Assembly: GCA_964500505.1 (NCBI GenBank)
Contig: CAZCNN010000002.1
Span: 4,081 to 68,080, forward strand
Direction: 5' to 3'
DNA length: 64,000 bases
Origin: an uncultured Bdellovibrionales bacterium
GTDB lineage: Bacteria; Patescibacteriota; Minisyncoccia; Moranbacterales; UBA1568
The translations under genes and the position numbers were made by a program. Shown here piece by piece: positions 56,438 through 64,000 of the stretch. The notes under the pieces were generated by a model, which worked only from the letters and a program-made list of their open reading frames with translations, was not told the DNA's origin and did not search any database. Each line of letters begins with the position of its first letter. Positions within the stretch are counted from its first letter, which is position 1.

Positions 56438-57451
56438 ATGAACAATCACGTATTTTCCAGGAATCACTTTCTTCCCTTTACGACACTTATACTCTGTATC
56501 GGAGGCATGGTGATTTTCCGGTATTTTGAGAGCCCATCTTTTGTGTTTTCTCTCAAGATGCATGATATTATCACGGTTTTCCTCAGCGTTGTTATTGAAG
56601 CCTCGCCTTTTCTTCTCCTCGGATCACTGGTAGCGGTAATAGTGAGGAGAACATCTCTTATCTCTATCCTGCTCAGACGTATCCCGAAGAACCCTCTCTG
56701 GGGGCTTCCTGTTTCTGCCGCGCTCGGAACCCTCTTGCCAGTCTGCGAGTGTGGTAATATGCCGATTGCCCGTTCTCTGGTAAAAAGGGGGTTTCCGGCA
56801 CCCTACGCCACCACGTTTCTTTTTGCGGCCCCCATCCTGAACCCGGCGGTCTTCTTTTCTACCTGGGTCGCCTTTCGGGGTCAGCCAATATTCATAGCAG
56901 CTCGTTTTGCCTTGGGCTTTATCGTGGCTGTGGCAGTTGGTGCCTATGTCCTCTTCCAAGAAAAGCGAGGGGTCAAGATATGGAACGTGTCCTGCGACCT
57001 TTCACAGAAGATGCCTGCCGAAAAGGGCCACGATCACACCCATGAACATGGCACCTCGTTCTCTTCCCAGGTGTTCGGTGAGTTTCTTGCCATCTTTCCT
57101 TATCTTGTTATCGGAGCGTTGTTCACTGCTCTCTTCCAGGCCTACGTTCCAAGAGAGGTCTTTTTCAACTCTGATTTCGGCATCGCAATCGCCATTCTCT
57201 TCATGATGCTCTTTGCTTTCGTTATTTCTGTTTGCTCCAATACTGATGCTTTTCTCGCCCTTGGTTTTACCGGTATCATGCCAGGGGCTGCCCTCATCAG
57301 TTTCTTGGTTTTTGGAGCCATGATCGACGCCAAAAATGTCCTCATTTATAGTCGGATCTTCACTGTCCGGGGACTCTTACTCGTCTCCTTTTTTGTCGCC
57401 GAGCTGGTTTTTCTCCTCTCCCTTATTCTGCATAAGTTGAGCATCGTATGA
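56438..57451 (+). CDS. DUF318/ArsP-family permease (YcgR-like)
   Basis: EASPFLLLG, PVCECG, AAPILNP, His-rich loop, SVCSNTDAF. Confidence 0.88.
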   Translation: MNNHVFSRNHFLPFTTLILCIGGMVIFRYFESPSFVFSLKMHDIITVFLSVVIEASPFLLLGSLVAVIVRRTSLISILLRRIPKNPLWGLPVSAALGTLLPVCECGNMPIARSLVKRGFPAPYATTFLFAAPILNPAVFFSTWVAFRGQPIFIAARFALGFIVAVAVGAYVLFQEKRGVKIWNVSCDLSQKMPAEKGHDHTHEHGTSFSSQVFGEFLAIFPYLVIGALFTALFQAYVPREVFFNSDFGIAIAILFMMLFAFVISVCSNTDAFLALGFTGIMPGAALISFLVFGAMIDAKNVLIYSRIFTVRGLLLVSFFVAELVFLLSLILHKLSIV

Positions 57452-58128
57452 AATCAGAACGCGTACATTTTTTTCTTGCCTTGGCCGCGATCAACCTGTT
57501 CGGTCTGGCGCTTTTGTACCTTGCGAGTATCGAGAAACTTGGTATCTACATCCATCCATCTTCGCAGTGGTTTGTGGTGCTGACCGGCCTCATGTTTCTT
57601 TTTCTCAGTCTCCGCGGTCTTCCCAGAAGAGAAGCACTGGTTTTCGAACGGAGTAGTCTTTTTGGCATTCTCTTTCTGCTTGGGGTCGCCGTACTCATCT
57701 TGACAGTCAAGCCTGTTCCGCTTTCGGTTGAAACAGCGAAGACTAGGATCTCAAATGGTAGCAGTCCAGTCAGCGCTAAAAATGCGGAGCGCTTTGCTAC
57801 TCGGAAGACTTCGGACTTCGGGATTATCGATTGGCTCGCGGCCTTCTCCAGTCCAGAGACAGCGTATCGTTATGAAGATACGCCAGCTGATATCACGGGC
57901 TTTTTATTGGTGCAGGACAATCAGCCGATGGTGGGTCGGCTGGTTATTACCTGCTGCGGAGCAGATGCCCAACCGGCCGTTATTCCATTTCGTTATACCG
58001 GAGTTCTCCCAAAAGAGAATACGTGGATTCGTGTCAGTGGTACGATGCATGTCGTGGACACGAAACCTGTTCTCGAAGCGACTCGCCTTGAGATAATTCC
58101 TGAACCGAAGAATCCCTATGCCGAGTAG
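57448..58128 (+). CDS. DUF1980/TIGR03943-family membrane protein (YcgQ-like)
   Basis: YIHP, ITGF, RLVITCCGADA, TWIRVSG, PEPKNPY. Confidence 0.88.
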   Translation: MKSERVHFFLALAAINLFGLALLYLASIEKLGIYIHPSSQWFVVLTGLMFLFLSLRGLPRREALVFERSSLFGILFLLGVAVLILTVKPVPLSVETAKTRISNGSSPVSAKNAERFATRKTSDFGIIDWLAAFSSPETAYRYEDTPADITGFLLVQDNQPMVGRLVITCCGADAQPAVIPFRYTGVLPKENTWIRVSGTMHVVDTKPVLEATRLEIIPEPKNPYAE

Positions 58129-59485
58129 AGTACTTGCCTCCATCGTGGTCGTTTTGCCACATCTCTTCCTGATGGGGCTGATTTTCTTGTTTCTTGCATT
58201 GCCGGAAGTCCCGCCGAGAGTCATCGCTGTGAAAGAGATGATTCGTGCAAACGAGTCGTTCTCGATTACCTTCAACAAACCGATTCGAACAGAGGGTTCG
58301 GAGGATAGGTTGGCCGTCTTAAAAAATGGAGAGAGGGTAGCCGGTACACTCAAAACGACGGCCACGACACTGTTTTTTTCTCCAGAAGAATCGTGGGAGA
58401 GTGGCCAAGAATATCGAGTCAAAATAGCGCCACTGCCAGCAGAACGTGGCGGTACTACGACGGAACCGATTGACCTCAGTCTGAGAATCGAAAAGGCAAG
58501 AGTCCTCTTTCTCAGTCCAGATAGTCGTCTTATGGAAGGCAATCCGGAAACAGGAGTAGCAGAACCAGTGACTCCCGAAGGTATCAATATCTTTTCTTTT
58601 TCTACGGGTATCAATGGCCATGTGGTCGCCCTGTATGGATTGAATGGAGATCGCTACAAGACCGGGGTCCTTTTGGGTGAGAAACAGGGTACTCATTATC
58701 GTCTCATGATGTCTCCAGTGGTTGAAACCCCGAGGTATTCCCAGGCCCTCCTCTGCGATGGGAGTCGGGCGCTTCTCCTGGTGTCCCAGGGTAGCCAGGG
58801 CGATCCCAGAGTCGAATATTTCACTCTTGATTGGGAGCGCCCGTTGAGTAAGGAGTCGCTTCAGGAATGGAAAATAGAAGAGACCGCGCTCTATAACGAC
58901 GGCGACCTCGCCTGTTCGGAGGATACCGCCCGTGTTCTCTATCGGAAATCAAGCGGTGCCTACGTGACGAACTTCTTAGGGGAGGAGGATGAGGATATCA
59001 TCGGTGTTTTCGATTCCGCCATCGGCTTTACTCCGAAAGATACGTCGATGCTGCTCCAGAAATCAATTACAGAAACCACGGCTGATGCCGACTATCGTTC
59101 GGAGCTTACCCTGTACCGGTCGGATGGTGCCAGCGTCACCCTCTCGACCCCAGATTCGCTCTTTGAGGAATCAAGTCTCAGTGGTACTGGTACATCCCTG
59201 TCCGTCTTATCCATCGAGGGTGAGAGCTATACGTCACGCATCGAAACCTACACGCTTGACGGAATGGCGTGGACTCCCAGAGAAACCGTGTCTCCTCCGC
59301 AGGGCAAGCGCATTCTCCATCACGATCTTTCTCTTGATGGGAATCTGGTCGCACTTCAAATTGAGCCTGGAGAAATGATGACGCGGGTTCCTATGGATTC
59401 TTCGCAGATTGTGCTGTGGGACTTCCGAAAAAAGCAATATCTTCCCTTTGAGTGGACGGGTAGGGAACCACAGTGGGAGCAGTAG
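58118..59485 (+). CDS. Membrane-anchored Ig-like (Big_5) + beta-propeller-like protein
   Basis: TM helix, ITFNKPI...FSPEESW..GQEYRV; overlaps the upstream gene. Confidence 0.7.
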   Translation: MPSRVLASIVVVLPHLFLMGLIFLFLALPEVPPRVIAVKEMIRANESFSITFNKPIRTEGSEDRLAVLKNGERVAGTLKTTATTLFFSPEESWESGQEYRVKIAPLPAERGGTTTEPIDLSLRIEKARVLFLSPDSRLMEGNPETGVAEPVTPEGINIFSFSTGINGHVVALYGLNGDRYKTGVLLGEKQGTHYRLMMSPVVETPRYSQALLCDGSRALLLVSQGSQGDPRVEYFTLDWERPLSKESLQEWKIEETALYNDGDLACSEDTARVLYRKSSGAYVTNFLGEEDEDIIGVFDSAIGFTPKDTSMLLQKSITETTADADYRSELTLYRSDGASVTLSTPDSLFEESSLSGTGTSLSVLSIEGESYTSRIETYTLDGMAWTPRETVSPPQGKRILHHDLSLDGNLVALQIEPGEMMTRVPMDSSQIVLWDFRKKQYLPFEWTGREPQWEQ

Positions 59486-59534
59486 TGCTGTTTGCGACCA
59501 ACAGTCTGAGAGAAATGGGGTTTGCTAAGGTGTC

Positions 59535-60560
59535 TCAGTGATGATGCTGATGGTCATGCGCTGGGGTGTATCGAATAATGTCACGACTGCTGCCAAATAC
59601 CTCTCGTACCAGTTCTTGGTATGATCCGATGTGTTCGCCCATAAAAACAAGTCGTGGAGTAATGTTTTGTTGTTTCAGAGGAAAGAGTCGAAATTCACCG
59701 TATGCATAGTTGAGGACGAATAATGATCCGTCAATATTGAGAATACCTTTGATCCGGTAGAATTTCTTTGCCGGGAACGATTCGAGTGAATACGTGATTG
59801 CTTCAAGTCGGAATTGTCGTGTCGGCTCTAGCTCGATGAGATCTACCTCGAATGACTGATGGTTTTCCTCGACTTCTTTTTCCTCTTCCTTCACGCTTTC
59901 AGCTGTTATGAAGAGTTTGCTGTCGAGTCCGAAGATAACTTGAGGCGATACGTATCCCTCAGCAGTCTTGATCTTTGGGGCATCAGGATTGAGTTCGTAG
60001 ACATCATCCAAAGTATCTTCGAGGGTGCTTTCTGGGATGCCCTCATGCTTATTGATGAGGATCATGTCGGTATATTTCGCCTGGAGCTTGGCTGTGTAGC
60101 TCTTGTCTTTGTAGCCGGAGAAGTTCTTAGCGTCAATTACTGTGATGACACCATCCACATAGAGCTTTTTATTTTTTCGGATTTCCCAGACAATCGGTGC
60201 AGGTGCGGCCGACCCGGAAGTTTCGATGATGATTCGGCCTGGATTTGTGAGGAGAAGCTCCTCGAGAGCCTGTTGTAACTGTCCAACGAGAACATGACAG
60301 ATACAGCCCTGAAGCATCTCTTTGGTCGTAGCGACATGAGTCTCTTGTCCGAGAAGCGAATCAACCTCGGTGTTGCCGAACTCATTCTTAAGCCACGCAA
60401 TTCGATATTCTTTTGGTAGATCTTTGATGAGATTGAGGATGAGTGTTGTTTTTCCAGCCCCGAGAAAGCCTGTGATAATAGTGACAGGGATCGCTCCTTG
60501 ATAGGCGATTTTCGGTTGCGTCAACAGTGCTTTTATATCTTGTTCCGTAGGCATAGGCAT
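59535..60560 (-). CDS. COG0523 (CobW-like) GTPase, divergent
   Basis: [30 protein letters not shown], His-rich tail. Confidence 0.9.
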   Translation of the reverse strand: MPMPTEQDIKALLTQPKIAYQGAIPVTIITGFLGAGKTTLILNLIKDLPKEYRIAWLKNEFGNTEVDSLLGQETHVATTKEMLQGCICHVLVGQLQQALEELLLTNPGRIIIETSGSAAPAPIVWEIRKNKKLYVDGVITVIDAKNFSGYKDKSYTAKLQAKYTDMILINKHEGIPESTLEDTLDDVYELNPDAPKIKTAEGYVSPQVIFGLDSKLFITAESVKEEEKEVEENHQSFEVDLIELEPTRQFRLEAITYSLESFPAKKFYRIKGILNIDGSLFVLNYAYGEFRLFPLKQQNITPRLVFMGEHIGSYQELVREVFGSSRDIIRYTPAHDHQHHH

Positions 60561-60564
60561 GTTG

Positions 60565-61947
60565 TTATTTTTCTAATGGAGGGTTTTGACACGAAAGAAA
60601 CCCCTGAGTGAGTAGGATGCGGTTGAGATTTTTTCCAATGAAAACAATAGTGCTTTTTCGGTCTTCGTCGGCTTTCCAGGCTCGTCCCGGTTGGATCGTA
60701 AAAAGCATATGAACCCCTTGGAGCACGACCTGTCGATGTTCGCCGGCAATGGACAGGATACCTTTGTATCGGTACAAATCATTTCCGAACATTCGGATGA
60801 TGCTTTCGATATAGTAGATGAAGTTTTCTGCAAGCAAAGGAGCGGTGGTTTCAGCACCGACCGAAGAGACAGTGCTATCGTGCTCATGCTGTGGCCTGAA
60901 CGTATGGCTCATGGTTGAGGCAAGAGGAGTATGGCCATGAGTGAGTTTAAGACTGAATTCTTCTGGGAGGTGTTCAGTGAAGAGGAGGTATGCTCCGGTG
61001 CTTGATATTTCGAGTGGGTAAGATGATTGTTTCGAGAAATCAAGTATGAACGGGGCTTGGCGTGGCGTGAGCGCGTTGACGGTCTCGTTTGCATCGGTGG
61101 GCATTGAAAAGAGTACAGCAGCGGGATTTGCGATGGCTGTGAGTTTCTCAAGTGAAGTGACCTCATCAGCTTTCAGGCAGAGTATACGCATCTTGGTCTC
61201 CTCTCCATGTGGCTGACCGGAGAGACTGTAGGTTCCGGTCTCAAGTTGGTAGATCCCGGCCCACTCGAACGGGTATTCGATTTCAAGAAAACGAGGATCG
61301 ATTTCAAGTGCTCGCTGGACATCGAAACCGCCGACGGTGAAGATTTTTTCGATTGGGATATCGGCATTTCTCGTTTCGTAGATGGTTGCAAATTTATTGA
61401 TGCCGGCAATTTTTTCTCGGACTGCGGCGAGCTCTTCATCTGAAACGAGGTCAATTTTATTAATGATGATGATGTCTGCAAAGGCAATCTGATCCTTAGC
61501 CTCTGGTGTTGAATCAAGATGGCCGGGGGTGTGTTTGGCATCGACGAGCGCGATAATAGCATCGAGATCCACGTGCTTGGAGAGATCAGGATCTGTCATA
61601 AATGTCTGTGCGACGGGCGATGGATCTGCCAGACCAGTAGTCTCAATCAGTATGTGTTCCGGGGGATTGGGGAGAGCGAGGAGCTGTTTAATAATTCGAA
61701 TTAAGTCGCCACGTACAGTGCAGCAAATGCAGCCATTGTTCATTTCCACCACTTCTTCGTTTTCACGGATAACTAAGTCTTGATCAATTCCAACTTCCCC
61801 AAATTCATTTTCGATTACGGCGATTCGTTTTCCGTGCTGTTCCTTGAGGATGCGGTTGAGGAGCGTCGTCTTGCCGGCGCCAAGAAAGCCCGTTAATACA
61901 GTGATGGGAATTTTCTGCGATTGACGATTATGTGCTTGGTTGTTCAT
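60565..61947 (-). CDS. COG0523 (CobW-like) GTPase with an internal insert
   Basis: [41 protein letters not shown]. Confidence 0.93.
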   Translation of the reverse strand: MNNQAHNRQSQKIPITVLTGFLGAGKTTLLNRILKEQHGKRIAVIENEFGEVGIDQDLVIRENEEVVEMNNGCICCTVRGDLIRIIKQLLALPNPPEHILIETTGLADPSPVAQTFMTDPDLSKHVDLDAIIALVDAKHTPGHLDSTPEAKDQIAFADIIIINKIDLVSDEELAAVREKIAGINKFATIYETRNADIPIEKIFTVGGFDVQRALEIDPRFLEIEYPFEWAGIYQLETGTYSLSGQPHGEETKMRILCLKADEVTSLEKLTAIANPAAVLFSMPTDANETVNALTPRQAPFILDFSKQSSYPLEISSTGAYLLFTEHLPEEFSLKLTHGHTPLASTMSHTFRPQHEHDSTVSSVGAETTAPLLAENFIYYIESIIRMFGNDLYRYKGILSIAGEHRQVVLQGVHMLFTIQPGRAWKADEDRKSTIVFIGKNLNRILLTQGFLSCQNPPLEK

Positions 61948-61981
61948 ATATGTAGGACTGTCTCTAGTAAATCAGAGAATT

Positions 61982-63010
61982 TTAATGATGAGCGGAAAGG
62001 GCATCCTGTATTGACTGAAGCTGTGTCAGGAGAACGTCATGAAATTGAACTTTCTCTGAAGGACTCAGTCTCTGCTTTGACTGGTCAAGATGTGTCCAAT
62101 AGGTGAGCAGAGGATCTTGAACAGCTCTTGAAAAAGATGCTGTAACCGGCCAAGGAAAGGGTCTGTGGGAAACTATTGAACGTAGATGGATGATGGCATC
62201 TTCCGATGATTGTCCCCCGGAGAGAAAAACAATGCCGCCGGTAGTAGGGGGGACAAATGCCTGCAAGCAAGTAGCCGTCGTTTTGCCAATCAATGTCGCA
62301 CTTGCTTTTTCAACACCATCTTTTCCTGGTAGGGCCATAGATGTTTTGAGTATGAGTCCTGGGAGGAGAATCTCTGATGTCTTGAGAGTGAAAAAGAGTT
62401 TTTCCAAGACATGTTCCATGGTTTCTCTCGTATTCTCTAATAAGTGCTCTCCTTCGAAGAGTACCTCTGGTTCAACGATGGGCACCATACCATGCTTTTG
62501 TGACAGTTCGGCAAAGCGTGCGAGGTCGCCAATATTTTTCTCCCAAATCACCTGCGGCGATAAGAGGGTTTTGTTCATTTCGTCGACACGTACCGGAAAA
62601 ACTGATCGCCATTTTGTAAAATGTACTCCGGCGCGTGACCATCGTTTGAGGCGATCATCGAGGTCTTCGATACCTACAGTATACTGCTCAGTATTAAATC
62701 CAGGATAGGGAGCAAGGCCACGATCGACTTTGAGTCCAATAAGAATATTTTGATCCTGGCAATATTTAGGGACGGCTTGTCCATGTATTTCCTGCTCTAG
62801 AGTTTCCTCATGGAAGATAATGCCACTGACAAAATCACAAAGACCAGGTGTCTCAAGTATTTGAGACCGATATGACATTCTCTCCTCGGTAGTTGAATGC
62901 AATAGACCGAATTGAGCACAGCGTCGTTGAAATGATTGAGGGCTTTCGTCGAGCGCGAGTAGCATACGGTTTGGACGCATGAGCTCTCGAGTAGTAGCGA
63001 TAATTTCCAT
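61982..63010 (-). CDS. Fructose-bisphosphate aldolase class I (metal-independent)
   Basis: LALDES, KVDRG, FTKWR, PIVEPEV, LK, FLSGGQ, SFSRA. Confidence 0.9.
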   Translation of the reverse strand: MEIIATTRELMRPNRMLLALDESPQSFQRRCAQFGLLHSTTEERMSYRSQILETPGLCDFVSGIIFHEETLEQEIHGQAVPKYCQDQNILIGLKVDRGLAPYPGFNTEQYTVGIEDLDDRLKRWSRAGVHFTKWRSVFPVRVDEMNKTLLSPQVIWEKNIGDLARFAELSQKHGMVPIVEPEVLFEGEHLLENTRETMEHVLEKLFFTLKTSEILLPGLILKTSMALPGKDGVEKASATLIGKTTATCLQAFVPPTTGGIVFLSGGQSSEDAIIHLRSIVSHRPFPWPVTASFSRAVQDPLLTYWTHLDQSKQRLSPSEKVQFHDVLLTQLQSIQDALSAHH

Positions 63011-63014
63011 ACTC

Positions 63015-64000
63015 TTATTCCTTTGCATTTGTTGGTTTGACCAAGGCAGCATTGAGTTCGGCGGCAATCGTCGCTTCATCCATATCAATGCCAATAAAGA
63101 CGATGCTTTGCTCCGGATGAATTTCTCCGTCTGGACTCTGTTCCCAGTGGCCATAGGGCTCGAGATGAATAATGTTGCCTGCATGATTCCAAAGGAGGGC
63201 TACATCGGGCTTGGCATCGGTCCAGGCGAATCCTTTTGACCGCAGAACTGATCGTAGCTTCCCTCCATTCAGTAACTCCATGAGTGCTCCGTCGTGGAAC
63301 GGTTGTTTGGATGTGAAGACGAAGCTCTTGATTCCGTACGATTCGGTTTCTGGAGTATGTTCGCCGCGAATCTCCTTGAGCCACCCAGGGTTTTGAGAGG
63401 CTTTTTCCATATCAAAGAGCTGGGTATTCAGGATTGATTTCAGATCAATATCACCCTGACGAATAGGATAGATGATAGCGTCCGGGTTGAGTTGTTTTAT
63501 CACGGCTTTAACTCGGCTGAGTTCACTTTCTGATACGAGATCGGTTTTCGAAAGGAGAATAATATTGGCAAACTCAATCTGATCAGTCAGAAGATGAACG
63601 ATAGGTCGGTCATCTTCATTTGATACTCCGAGTTTTCTTTCGGCGAGCGTTGATTCATCACCATAATGGTGAAAGAAATTTTTGGCATCAACAACTGTTA
63701 CCATAGTGTCGAGGCGCGCGATATCATTGAGAGAGTGACCATCTTCATCGGTAAAGGTAAATGTTTCAGCGACTGGGAGCGGCTCGGATATGCCGCTTGA
63801 TTCGATAAGGATAGCGTCAAAACGGTCGGCTTGAGCGAGTTTCGTCACTTCTTCCAAGAGATCTTCTCGGAGAGTGCAGCAGATGCAGCCGTTAGACATT
63901 TCGACTAACTTTTCCTCAACACGATCCAGCTGAGCTTCGCCTTGTTTGACAATAGCAGCATCGATGTTGATAACGCTCATGTCATTGACGATAACGGCGA
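63015..64000 (-). CDS. COG0523 GTPase (YciC/ZigA-like), 5' end outside the window
   Basis: NDMS..NID, SNGCICCTLREDL, ESSGISEPLPVA, HTPETESYGI, RSKG. Confidence 0.93.
   Translation of the reverse strand, partial: AVIVNDMSVINIDAAIVKQGEAQLDRVEEKLVEMSNGCICCTLREDLLEEVTKLAQADRFDAILIESSGISEPLPVAETFTFTDEDGHSLNDIARLDTMVTVVDAKNFFHHYGDESTLAERKLGVSNEDDRPIVHLLTDQIEFANIILLSKTDLVSESELSRVKAVIKQLNPDAIIYPIRQGDIDLKSILNTQLFDMEKASQNPGWLKEIRGEHTPETESYGIKSFVFTSKQPFHDGALMELLNGGKLRSVLRSKGFAWTDAKPDVALLWNHAGNIIHLEPYGHWEQSPDGEIHPEQSIVFIGIDMDEATIAAELNAALVKPTNAKE

Overview
Bacterial chromosome segment whose gene content (rodA, secG, PGI/PMI, RNase J, trpS, ychF, groEL, PilB-type ATPase, short Rel, few Shine-Dalgarno motifs, giant LamG/FN3 surface protein) suggests a Patescibacteria/CPR (Parcubacteria-like) genome; this is an inference. 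The main accessory feature is a 24.1-kb integrative element (about 13889-37988) inserted in the first codons of ychF. The displaced native start (ATG AGC CTC AAA GT = MSLKV) is at 13875. The element supplies a replacement ychF start from inside its large serine recombinase gene. The recombinase reading frame crosses the attachment site, so excision would swap its 14-aa tail for a 46-aa tail encoded at the other end. The element carries a layered defence operon (GmrSD-Schlafen fusion, type I R-M, and a PHP-ATPase with substituted metal ligands between hsdS and hsdR), a GT2/hydrolase-like/GT2 cassette, a replication and recombination module, and two structured non-coding leaders. No conjugation or virion genes were recognised. 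Outside the element are REP-like repeats (one inside a 5S rRNA 3' segment), several long intergenic hairpins, a giant double-propeller adhesin, and a probable zinc-starvation cluster (three COG0523 GTPases, a class I aldolase, DUF318/DUF1980 permeases). All family calls come from motif recognition by eye, not database searches.
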